NCBI GenBank assembly: GCA_963667725.2
Contig: CAXXHO010000003.1
Location: 1,632,001 to 1,696,000, forward strand
Direction of reading: 5' to 3'
Length of the DNA stretch: 64,000 bases
DNA from: Treponemataceae bacterium
Lineage (GTDB): Bacteria > Spirochaetota > Spirochaetia > Treponematales > Rectinemataceae
Below the pieces are notes generated by a model. The model did not search any database, was not told the DNA's origin, and worked only from the letters and a program-made list of their open reading frames with translations. Both the position numbers and the translations under genes were made by a program. Position 1 is the stretch's first letter, and every line of letters begins with the position of its first letter. Positions 1 to 8,373 of this stretch are shown here, piece by piece.

Positions 1-354
1 CATGGTGGTGTCTATCTTCCCTATAGCGCCGGATCCCGAGTCTTCCGAGGCTTTCTCTGGCTCACCGATGATCCTCGCTTCGAAGCACAACACTGGGCCA
101 CGAATCTGTCAGGAAAATGTGGCGACCGCACACAAGTGCGCCTTACGATCGAGCTGCCTGAAGGAACAAAGATAAAGCCCTGGAACACTATCGCGAGAAC
201 GCTCTTTCTCTTGAGCCCCACCGATCTATGTGCCTTCAACCTCGCGGGGCATTCCGACGGTTCGCACTGGTACCTCTACCGCGGGGTGATCCCCGCTTCC
301 TGGATTATCGAGAAAACGGAAAGAACAAAGGAGTATGTCCATGGCAAGTCTTGA
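1..354 (+). CDS. Phage hypothetical protein, 5'-truncated by window edge
   Basis: Frame 1 is open from base 1 (HGGVYLP...FLWLTDDP...WYLYRGVIPASWI) to the stop at 354; overlaps the start of the next gene. Confidence 0.6.
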   Translation, partial: HGGVYLPYSAGSRVFRGFLWLTDDPRFEAQHWATNLSGKCGDRTQVRLTIELPEGTKIKPWNTIARTLFLLSPTDLCAFNLAGHSDGSHWYLYRGVIPASWIIEKTERTKEYVHGKS

Positions 355-943
355 AGTAATCGAGATCAAGCCCATCAACCTCAAGTACACGGAGATCAGG
401 ATCATTGGTGACACGCCTCTCATCGTTCACGCCTGGAGCGAGAAGATCAAGAAAGAAATGCTCGATCGGCAGATGAAGAAGGCGAAAAACGCGAAAGGTG
501 CTAAGAACCCAGAAGAGGAGTATCTTGCTTCATTCTATCGGCTTCCGGATGGTAAGTACGGCTTCCCCGCAATCGGCTTCAAGGCCGCGGCCGTATCCGC
601 CGGCGGACGGTTTGCCGAAGGTATGAAGATGACGGAGCTTCGGGGATCCTTCTTCGTCCTGGGAGAAGAGGGGAGCGACCTCGTCCCCATCGAGGGCGAG
701 CCTTCCATGAGGGAGGACACGGTCAAGGTCGGGATGGGGGTCGCGGACATACGCTACCGGCCCGAGTTCAGGGTCTGGGCGACGACGATACGGGTGAGAT
801 TCAACGCGGACAAGATCAGTCTCGAGCAGCTTGTGAACCTGTTCAATCTGGCGGGATTTGGGGTTGGGGTTGGCGAGTGGCGCCCTGAACGCGACGGTCA
901 ATTTGGCTGTTTCCATGTCGAGGTCAATGCCCCTCAAGGGTAA
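335..943 (+). CDS. RAMP/Cas7-like phage protein (candidate Vipr-like RNA-binding effector)
   Basis: ~200 aa; N-terminal IRIIGDTPLIVH strand, FPAIGFKAA helix and C-terminal Gly-rich loop GFGVGVGEWRPERDGQFGCF, matching the RAMP/Cas7 motif order; AAGGAG RBS just upstream (start 335 or 341). Confidence 0.7.
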   Translation: MSMASLEVIEIKPINLKYTEIRIIGDTPLIVHAWSEKIKKEMLDRQMKKAKNAKGAKNPEEEYLASFYRLPDGKYGFPAIGFKAAAVSAGGRFAEGMKMTELRGSFFVLGEEGSDLVPIEGEPSMREDTVKVGMGVADIRYRPEFRVWATTIRVRFNADKISLEQLVNLFNLAGFGVGVGEWRPERDGQFGCFHVEVNAPQG

Positions 944-1100
944 TGCCTCGTTGGAATATGACTCGGTTAGGTGCGGCTAGGCCGGGAAGGGCATGGCTTT
1001 GTAAGGCAAGGCATGGCAGGGACGGCAGGCAGGGGATCATGGAAGAGGCGATCGTACCGGAAGAGGAAAAGCGCAACGACGCTCTTTCTTCTGGCGCGAG
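944..1100 (+). ncRNA. Candidate guide-like ncRNA: periodic GGY-NN array plus downstream hairpin
   Basis: Intergenic (next real start is 1136); 12 in-phase 5-mers at 965-1024; imperfect stem-loop at ~1057-1095. Confidence 0.6.
965..1024 (+). repeat. 5-nt periodic array (GGY-NN)x12
   Basis: GGT-TA GGT-GC GGC-TA GGC-CG GGA-AG GGC-AT GGC-TT TGT-AA GGC-AA GGC-AT GGC-AG GGA-CG; 9 of 12 triplets are GGY. Confidence 0.9.
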
Positions 1101-1135
1101 GCGCGAAGGCTCTGGATAAGGGCAAGGAGTGGTAC

Positions 1136-1834
1136 ATGGTGTACAAGTGGAAGGAAGACTCGCCCCTGGTGAAGAAAGCGGATCCTCAGGCGATCGCGCG
1201 AGAGATCCTGACGATCGGCGGGGCGTCGGTACGGCCGAAGGATCTGGTTCAGGAAGCGTACTTGAAGAAAAACTCCGAACTCCACAAGTGCTTTGAGTGG
1301 GACAATACGGTCGCGGCCATCGAGTATCGAAAGTCCCAGGCGAAGGAGATCCTCTACTCGCTCGTGAAGGTGGAGAGCACGAAGCACGGCACCATGGAAG
1401 TGCTTGCTTTCGTTGAAAGCAGCCCCGTCTCGCACTCCCCAGAGACCGTACACTTTTCCGTTCGCGATGAGACAGAACGGCAGAAACATGAGACGAAGAA
1501 GCCCAAAGAAGCGCCCCCCTCGTTCCACCAAGGGCCGTTTGTGGCCATGGATGATACGGTGGGTACCCCTCCCCCTCTAAAGCGATCCTACGACGATCCT
1601 GAGCCCGCGACAGCGAAAGAACGAGAACAGGCGCCCGGCGAAGCGAGCGAGGAACGAGAAATTCAGGAAGGGAGTGACATGGAGGAGCTTATCAGGAGGC
1701 TTTCATCGATCCAGGATGAGCTCATGACGTATGGACGGTTTGAGGATCTCGGGGAGAAGCTTGGGGCATTGATCGACGAAATAAAAGAAAGAACGACTCG
1801 CGGGACTTCCAAGCTTGTTGCCAGTGTCGCGTAA
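1136..1834 (+). CDS. Phage hypothetical protein (LHKCFEWDN..AA..YR..QA motif), possible partner of the RAMP-like gene
   Basis: ATG at 1136 with AAGGAG at 1124-1129; ordered N-terminal domain followed by a low-complexity tail. Confidence 0.75.
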   Translation: MVYKWKEDSPLVKKADPQAIAREILTIGGASVRPKDLVQEAYLKKNSELHKCFEWDNTVAAIEYRKSQAKEILYSLVKVESTKHGTMEVLAFVESSPVSHSPETVHFSVRDETERQKHETKKPKEAPPSFHQGPFVAMDDTVGTPPPLKRSYDDPEPATAKEREQAPGEASEEREIQEGSDMEELIRRLSSIQDELMTYGRFEDLGEKLGALIDEIKERTTRGTSKLVASVA

Positions 1835-1846
1835 GGAGCATGCATC

Positions 1847-3136
1847 ATGGGAAGAATACGAAGTATAAAACCAGAATTCCCGCAATCGGAGAGCATTGGC
1901 AGGATGACCCGCGATGCCCGGCTTTGTTTTATTGAACTATGGACCATCGCCGACGATGAGGGAAGACTCCGGGGAAACACGCGGATGCTCGCGAGTTTAC
2001 TGTTTCCCTATGATGATGATGCCCCTGGCCTCATAGGCTCATGGCTTTCTGAAATCGAACGGGAAGGCTGTATTGTGCGCTATGAGGGTGCAGGACAGCA
2101 TTATGTTCAGGTATCGAACTGGGCTGCCCACCAGAAAATTGACAAGCCTTCACCGTCAAAGTTCCCGCCTCCCCCTGCAAAAGCCGAGACGCCTTCAGCG
2201 GCTGAGAGTACTCCACGCCAATTCGCCGAGGATTCGCGAACTATCGATACATCCTCGCGACCATTCGCCGAGGATTCGGCGAGTATTCCCCGAGGACTCG
2301 ACGAGGATTCGGCGAATGATCGAAGAACCTTCGCGACGGATATGGATCTAGGAAAGGATCAAGGAGAAGAAGGGAAAGGATCTTCCGCGCGCGAGGATTT
2401 ATCAAGCGAAGAGGGCGAGGAAAACAAAGAAATAATGACGGAGTGTCTTGTCCAAGAAGGTCATGATTCGTTTATGTTGGATCCGTCACTAGCAACGATG
2501 AAGCAGGATCATGACGATGTCATGACGAACCATGACGATATCATGAGAGAGAGCAAGCCTACTCAGCAAGAAGAACAGAAAGAAGAGAAGACGCGCATGT
2601 GTGAGGATCAGACTCCAATCCGAAAGACTTCATCCCGCGGGGCGTCGGCGAATGAGCCCGTCATCTTTTCGGAGCTTCCTCAATTCAAGATCGCCGGCTA
2701 TTGGTTCAGAAGGTACAATCAAGTGACGGGGATCACGCTCCTTCCTGATGAACGGGCAAACCACGCGGCAAAGGAGCTTTATGAAGCCTTAGGGAAGAAC
2801 AACACACTCGCGCAGCGCGCGGTGGATTACTACTTCGAGAACTGGCGAGAACTCTGGTTCGCTCAGAAGCGTATGCCGAAAGAGACGCCTCTTGAGAAAC
2901 GACAGTGGTCCTTCACGTTCATAAGCTTCACGAAGAACATCCAGGAGATTCTCTCGCTCATGCAAGCCTCTCCAACATCAACGAGTCCACGGACCACGCC
3001 TGAGCGTTGGAGTACAGGGATATCCTTCGATGAGGAGCACATACCCGAAGAAGAACGGGTAGAAAATGCGCGAAAACTATCGGATTTTGTACAGAATCTG
3101 GGCAAAACGAAGCGGGTTTCGTTGCTGGCAAATTAA
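1847..3136 (+). CDS. Phage replication initiator / replisome organiser
   Basis: N-terminal RIRSIKPEF...ADDEGR...HQKIDKPSPS motif typical of phage initiators; internal direct repeats. Confidence 0.75.
   Translation: MGRIRSIKPEFPQSESIGRMTRDARLCFIELWTIADDEGRLRGNTRMLASLLFPYDDDAPGLIGSWLSEIEREGCIVRYEGAGQHYVQVSNWAAHQKIDKPSPSKFPPPPAKAETPSAAESTPRQFAEDSRTIDTSSRPFAEDSASIPRGLDEDSANDRRTFATDMDLGKDQGEEGKGSSAREDLSSEEGEENKEIMTECLVQEGHDSFMLDPSLATMKQDHDDVMTNHDDIMRESKPTQQEEQKEEKTRMCEDQTPIRKTSSRGASANEPVIFSELPQFKIAGYWFRRYNQVTGITLLPDERANHAAKELYEALGKNNTLAQRAVDYYFENWRELWFAQKRMPKETPLEKRQWSFTFISFTKNIQEILSLMQASPTSTSPRTTPERWSTGISFDEEHIPEEERVENARKLSDFVQNLGKTKRVSLLAN
2220..2550 (+). repeat. Iteron-like direct repeats inside the replication gene (putative origin)
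   Basis: CGAGGA(T/C)TCG at 2227, 2269, 2291, 2302; CATGACGA-like at 2510, 2521, 2531, 2542. Confidence 0.55.
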
Positions 3137-3163
3137 TAGATGTACACCATGTGAGGAGCATCA

Positions 3164-3355
3164 ATGACCCTTGAATACGAAGATATCGAAGAGCTGAGGA
3201 AGGCGCTCGCAAATGTTGAATTCGGCAAGGTGGAGATGCAGATTCATGAAAGTATCATCATTTCAATAACCGTTACCACCGTTAAGAAGAAGCCAGTACC
3301 CAAGAAGGATCGAATCGTAGTACATACGCCCTCAAAACCATTAAAATTGGTTTAA
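3164..3355 (+). CDS. Small phage protein (YezD/DUF2292-like)
   Basis: 63 aa, GAGGAG RBS, L..V.FG.V...IH pattern; paralog at 9922. Confidence 0.6.
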   Translation: MTLEYEDIEELRKALANVEFGKVEMQIHESIIISITVTTVKKKPVPKKDRIVVHTPSKPLKLV

Positions 3356-3398
3356 CCTTTAAATCCACAAATTTATAAGGTTGAAGCAATTGTTAGGC
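3339..3398 (-). repeat. attC site, internally deleted and degenerate
   Basis: R'' GCCTAAC at 3398-3392 and L-box arms retained; central loop lost; R' decayed. Confidence 0.65.
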
Positions 3399-3401
3399 TT
3401 T

Positions 3402-4217
3402 TTATCCTTTATTCTCTTGTCCGCAATCTGTACCATCATTACTACTTTTCTCAGCTTCTTTTATTTTACTTTTTTGTTTTTCAATTTTCTTAATAGTTTT
3501 CAAATATTTATCATTAGTCTCAATTGCTTCAGGTGTATCTATAATTTCTCTTTTTAATACATCATTTACTATTATCGTATCTATTTCATCTACTTCAAAT
3601 TTAATTGTAGGATCAACTTTTCTAAATTCTCTTTTGATTGCTTCTATTACATATTCAGACCTAATAAATGCTCCTATATAATATTTATTAACAATCATCT
3701 TATGCTGTGTAAACTCATCTATTGCATTCTTCTTAATTCCTTCTTTACAAATAATATATAATTTATCTAAATCATTTCTATTTTTAATTTTTACATCTAA
3801 AATATTAAACTCACATACAAAATCAGTTTTTATTGGCTTTTCAAACTTAACTTTATATACTTTCCATACCACACCATTTGTAAGTATAATCCACTCATTT
3901 CCATTATTAGCACCGTAATCAAGTACTTGTTGATAATGCTTATCGGCAAGAGTCGTTCCAATTGCCTTTACTTCAATAAGGAACTTTACACTACCATCAA
4001 TTTTTACTGCTAAATCACAATATGTACTTTTTATGCAATATTCACGAGTAACTTCAGTATATTTATCATATCCAAAGAGAAGCGTTAATATATCTGTAAC
4101 TATTACAACAGTATCAGCTTCATTTATATCTCTATCTTTAGCTTGTTCTAGAATTTTTTGAATTTTCCCTAAATTTTCTTTGAATCTTTCAATAACCTTT
4201 ACATTGATTTGTGCCAT
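3402..4217 (-). CDS. Type I restriction enzyme HsdR N-terminal-like (PD-(D/E)XK) nuclease, cassette
   Basis: NEADT...LFGYD...E...CDLAV...LIEVKAIG...Q...Y...ILTNG pattern. Confidence 0.8.
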   Translation of the reverse strand: MAQINVKVIERFKENLGKIQKILEQAKDRDINEADTVVIVTDILTLLFGYDKYTEVTREYCIKSTYCDLAVKIDGSVKFLIEVKAIGTTLADKHYQQVLDYGANNGNEWIILTNGVVWKVYKVKFEKPIKTDFVCEFNILDVKIKNRNDLDKLYIICKEGIKKNAIDEFTQHKMIVNKYYIGAFIRSEYVIEAIKREFRKVDPTIKFEVDEIDTIIVNDVLKREIIDTPEAIETNDKYLKTIKKIEKQKSKIKEAEKSSNDGTDCGQENKG

Positions 4218-4343
4218 ACAAAACTCCTTTGATAAAATGCTTAAATTGCTAATCTTTAAAATTAGCTTTGTCTCGCGCCGAAAGCGTCATCCTAACATTG
4301 GCAATTAAAGTTTAGTATGTATCTTTGCGCGCCGAAGACGTCA

Positions 4344-4468
4344 ACCTAACATTGGCTTGACCCTTAACGCCAGATCCTGAGCGTAGCGAGGGATTGGCGT
4401 GGTTTATGCATTGTTGTTCTGCACAAACCATGACAAAGGGCGTTATAGGGTTGAAGCATTTGTTAGGC
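4344..4468 (-). repeat. attC site
   Basis: GCCTAAC...GTTAGGT imperfect palindrome, 125 bp. Confidence 0.9.
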
Positions 4469-5221
4469 GATAGCACTTCTTCTTTTCTTACACTTTATCA
4501 CTATATAAATTGGCTCATTAAGTAAATCTTCGTATCTATCATTATTACTCTCTCTCCATTTTACTGGAGGTCCTGGTTCTTGTATCTCTTTTACTTCTAA
4601 CCCAGCTTCTCTTAGCCCATTTATATAGTCAGAAAAAGTATAATGATAGCTTTTGCATACAACTCCATTCTTACTCTTTCCATATTTTGTCCATGGTTGA
4701 TAGTACTCTCGTATCTCTTTATGTAGATATCGTATTTTCCATTCTCCATCTTTATCAAATGGGTATTCTGCAGTATATAGTGGATGCATAGCCGATAGGA
4801 TAACAATTCCATTTTCTGCAAGAACATTATGGATACTTCTAAAAGCTTCTTTAAGATCCGGAAAGTAATGTGTGGCTGTTGATGAAAAAACAAAATCAAA
4901 CTTTTCAGACACTATCTCACTGATGTCTTCTACTGAACACTTTTGAAACTTAATCCGATAACTTTTATTCTTATTTTTAGCATAAGCTAACATTTCTTCA
5001 GATATATCTATTCCAAGAATAGATTTTGGCTCATATGAATCAAAGTAGAACGAGAATCTTCCAGTTCCACATCCAATATCCAAGATTGTTTTATCTTTCA
5101 ATATTGGAAGCATTTCTTTAATACAAGGCCATTCTATCTCATTACTATATGAATTTTCTCTATTCGTAAAATCTTCATAATCTGAAGTCATTGAATCCCA
5201 TATCGTTTCGATGTCTTTCAT
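4463..5221 (-). CDS. Class I SAM-dependent methyltransferase, cassette
   Basis: ILDIGCGTG motif; stop codon lies within the attC R'' box. Confidence 0.9.
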   Translation of the reverse strand: MKDIETIWDSMTSDYEDFTNRENSYSNEIEWPCIKEMLPILKDKTILDIGCGTGRFSFYFDSYEPKSILGIDISEEMLAYAKNKNKSYRIKFQKCSVEDISEIVSEKFDFVFSSTATHYFPDLKEAFRSIHNVLAENGIVILSAMHPLYTAEYPFDKDGEWKIRYLHKEIREYYQPWTKYGKSKNGVVCKSYHYTFSDYINGLREAGLEVKEIQEPGPPVKWRESNNDRYEDLLNEPIYIVIKCKKRRSAIA

Positions 5222-5273
5222 ACTTCCTGTTTCCTAATGAAAAGTATTTACTTTCTTAGCGCCTAAGGCGTCT

Positions 5274-5379
5274 GCCTAACGATGGCTTGACCTGCGAAAG
5301 GCGTTGGCGCGCAATTTGCATTGCAACTCACGCAAATTGCGTGACAATACCCTGAGTCAGGTCGAAACGATTGTTAGGC
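5274..5379 (-). repeat. attC site
   Basis: GCCTAAC...GTTAGGC, 106 bp. Confidence 0.9.
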
Positions 5380-5420
5380 GACTTCATTTTTTAAGAATTA
5401 ATGAAATAATGCTTTATATA

Positions 5421-6086
5421 TTAATCAGAGAATCTGCATGCTCCCACAAATGCATACCCAAGCCTCGTAAACTCAACTCGTTGGTATGAAAACCATTCTG
5501 TACTACTACTACTCTCATCCCCCATTAAATAAGAACTCTGTGATGCTCTGCAAAGATTGAGTCTTACTAGGTTACCCATTAATAATTCATACTCCCATGT
5601 AGCTATCTTAAATACTTCTTGAATTTCGTTGAATGTTGCAATCCAACCAATTTGTTTATGAACACGATCTGTCATCCATTCCAAAATTCTTGCCTCAATT
5701 GAGGAAATCTCAGAGAGTATTTTTGGAAATGCAGGGGGAACTTTTTCGGGTTTCTCAGCAGCACTAGCTAATAATGCAGCCCATCTGTTTTTCATATCAG
5801 CTTCTTCTTCTAATGAACCCGCTTCAAGTAAGGGAGCAACTACTTTTGGTAGGAGACGTTTCGGTTCAATGCCCTTCTTCTCAAGAAAGGCTTTTGCTTT
5901 TAAAATTAGGTTTACTTTGTTCTTGAATCTCCAAAAGGCAACTGTATCACCAATTAATCCACCAGACTGTTCTAGACCAGGAACTATCAATTTATCAAGA
6001 TAATCTTTGGCGATCTTGGCCGTCTCTTCAATTCCTTTCTCAAGTGCAATACGCATCGGATCATTGGGTTGATGATTGTCACTCAT
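5421..6086 (-). CDS. Abi-alpha/DUF4393-like protein, cassette
   Basis: PLLEAGSLEEEADMKNRWAALLASAA...FPKILSEIS..EARIL and C-terminal LVRLNL..FTRLG..FV pattern. Confidence 0.7.
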   Translation of the reverse strand: MSDNHQPNDPMRIALEKGIEETAKIAKDYLDKLIVPGLEQSGGLIGDTVAFWRFKNKVNLILKAKAFLEKKGIEPKRLLPKVVAPLLEAGSLEEEADMKNRWAALLASAAEKPEKVPPAFPKILSEISSIEARILEWMTDRVHKQIGWIATFNEIQEVFKIATWEYELLMGNLVRLNLCRASQSSYLMGDESSSSTEWFSYQRVEFTRLGYAFVGACRFSD

Positions 6087-6219
6087 ACTACTCAATCCTT
6101 AATATTTAGCTCCGTTTTTAGAGGCTCATTTTTTTTATTTATTTCAAATAATTCAAAGAAGAAATATACTTTGCGCAATACGCGTCCGCTTAACATCTCT
6201 TTATATATTTAATTAATGA

Positions 6220-6501
6220 CTATAGTTTACCTTGGAGTTTATGAGATCTTTGCCAGCCTGCTGCACTGCGAGATTGCACATAACATATAAGGAGATCGGC
6301 AACAGATCTTGATTGAACCCAACATATTTTTGAAGTTGCTGATGCGTCACTTTGAACAAAACACCATATGCCATCTACACCATCTGCGGGTCCGCGTGAT
6401 TCCGATATACAAACGAGCAAATCAGCTACAGATCTAGATTGTACTTCGCATACTAGATAATCTGCTGATGACCTAGATTCTTTTACCCTAATTAATGCCA
6501 T
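6220..6501 (-). CDS. Small repeat protein (DUF6150-like), cassette
   Basis: Repeated V.SRS.ADL.V units; GGAGG RBS before ATG at 6501. Confidence 0.7.
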   Translation of the reverse strand: MALIRVKESRSSADYLVCEVQSRSVADLLVCISESRGPADGVDGIWCFVQSDASATSKICWVQSRSVADLLICYVQSRSAAGWQRSHKLQGKL

Positions 6502-6534
6502 AGTTCCTCCTATTTTAATAAGCGTGAAGCGTCC

Positions 6535-6661
6535 GCCTAACATTTTCGCTTAACCTTTAAATCCTGGCCTGAGCTACTGCGAAGGCTTGGCATGGTTTGT
6601 GCATTGTTGTTCCTGCACAAACCATGCCAAAGGATTTATAAGGTTGAAGCAGTTGTTAGTA
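6535..6661 (-). repeat. attC site
   Basis: TACTAAC...GTTAGGC imperfect palindrome. Confidence 0.9.
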
Positions 6662-6674
6662 GGTTACTCGAAAA

Positions 6675-8150
6675 TTAAGTATCAATTCTTAATTTATGAT
6701 TTTCTTCAGCTTTTTGTATATCTTTTGAGCTAATAAATTGACTAGATAGACTAAGCCACTTCAATACTTCAAAGTATGCATTATAATATTTTTTACTATC
6801 AAATTTAAAATAAACAAAATTATTTATATTAGAGGGTATTATAACTTTATCTTCAACAAGTACAAGAATTTTTTTTGAATTTTCTAATCCATAGTGTCTT
6901 AAGAAAAATCCTATTTCGTGATACACATTTGGACGCGAATAATTATTTTTTTTCTCAGTTATATCATTTTTAAGAATTGCAATAGTAAGTGTAGATTCAA
7001 GCATTGTTGAATATATTTTTTTTGATAATTCTTCCCCAAATCCAACTTGAACAATATTTGTTTTTGCTCCCTTATCAAAGAAATCTTCTTTAAGCCACTT
7101 ACTTAATTGAAACGCATATTCATTAGGTATTGTCTTTCCTTTCTTCTCATCATATTCCCAACTACATGTAATAAATATTTTTTCTTCTGTTGGTATAGAT
7201 ATTACTTCTCTTACATTGTTCTTTAAAACATATACAAGACTTGCTTTCCATTTATTTAAAGCAATTTCATCTAAAGAATTTTTTTCATTATCGATACTTT
7301 TTGAATTAAAAAATGTTGCTTTACAATTATAATTAATGTCTTTAGGATCCTTTATTCTTTTCAAACCGTCTTTCTTATTACTTTTATAGTATGTAGCATC
7401 ATCTGATATCATAGTACTATCTAATGTCCATAAATATCTCCAATGCTCTGCTAGAGAATTAAAAAGTTCAACGTCATCTGTTTCATTTGCACAAAGCATT
7501 GGATAATTTAGTAATAATTTATCAGAATTTATATTTTTTTTTGTTAGTATATATGCATCAGAATAAATATTATTATTAATTTTTAATATAGATACATTTA
7601 AGCTAGAAGTTGTAAATCTTACCATTACTTTATTTTCTTCATTATCAAAAGAAAGTAATTCTTCATTTATATAACTATGAATTGTTTTCAGAGAATTATT
7701 AAGATTTCTTACTGTCATTGAACCCCAAAATGTTCTTTCATCTATTTCATCAACTAAATCAAAACTTCTATAATATAATGGTTCATCAATAGTAGTTCTC
7801 TTTCTGCTATTTTCAGCTTGAAGAATAGAATACGTATAATCTGAAAATGGATAAACAAATAAAAGCCTAAATCTTACAGCAATCCCTTGATCGTTAATTG
7901 TTTTTATATTTTTTATTGTTTCTTGCAGTTTTTTAGCAATCGATGGATCGGAAAACATTCCCCCTAAATCAAAAAGAATGCTACCAGATAAACCTGCATA
8001 ATCTATTGTAGCTATTTTCTTATACTTACTTTCTTCTAGATCTAGTGGGTTTTTTTTGTCGTAAGCAGATTTAATTAATGAGTCAAGACATAAATCATTA
8101 ATTATTTTTTCATTTAACTCTTTTGAATATCTACTTTCATAATATTTCAT
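6675..8150 (-). CDS. Protein with C-terminal TIR-like nucleotide-binding domain, cassette
   Basis: C-terminal KIFITCSW...SRPNVYHEIGFF...ILVLVE...IPSNI motif; N-terminal ~300 aa unassigned. Confidence 0.7.
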   Translation of the reverse strand: MKYYESRYSKELNEKIINDLCLDSLIKSAYDKKNPLDLEESKYKKIATIDYAGLSGSILFDLGGMFSDPSIAKKLQETIKNIKTINDQGIAVRFRLLFVYPFSDYTYSILQAENSRKRTTIDEPLYYRSFDLVDEIDERTFWGSMTVRNLNNSLKTIHSYINEELLSFDNEENKVMVRFTTSSLNVSILKINNNIYSDAYILTKKNINSDKLLLNYPMLCANETDDVELFNSLAEHWRYLWTLDSTMISDDATYYKSNKKDGLKRIKDPKDINYNCKATFFNSKSIDNEKNSLDEIALNKWKASLVYVLKNNVREVISIPTEEKIFITCSWEYDEKKGKTIPNEYAFQLSKWLKEDFFDKGAKTNIVQVGFGEELSKKIYSTMLESTLTIAILKNDITEKKNNYSRPNVYHEIGFFLRHYGLENSKKILVLVEDKVIIPSNINNFVYFKFDSKKYYNAYFEVLKWLSLSSQFISSKDIQKAEENHKLRIDT

Positions 8151-8239
8151 TTTTCACTCCTAAAATAAATTTCTTTGGTTTTGATACTTGTATTTATATA
8201 TATATCAAACTTAAATATTTTTTCTTGCCCGAAGGGTCA

Positions 8240-8364
8240 ACCTAACATTGGCTTAACCCTTAACGCCTGTTCCTGAGCGAAGCGAAGGATTGGCGTGGTT
8301 TTTGCATTGTTGTTCTGCAAAAACCATGACAAAAGGCGTTATAGGGTTGAAGCATTTGTTAGAT
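8240..8364 (-). repeat. attC site
   Basis: ATCTAAC...GTTAGGT, 125 bp. Confidence 0.9.
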
Positions 8365-8373
8365 TTCTTTTAT

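Noticed and set aside
965..1024. CRISPR array or simple microsatellite
   Set aside because: No 23-50-bp repeats with spacers; units are 5 nt with a fixed triplet and variable dinucleotide. A two-tier G-quadruplex role is not excluded but would not need strict 5-nt phasing.
971..1135. N-terminal extension of ORF 971-1834 running through the GGY-NN tract
   Set aside because: The GTG has no clear RBS and the translation is low-complexity; ATG 1136 has a strong AAGGAG RBS. The tract is treated as non-coding.
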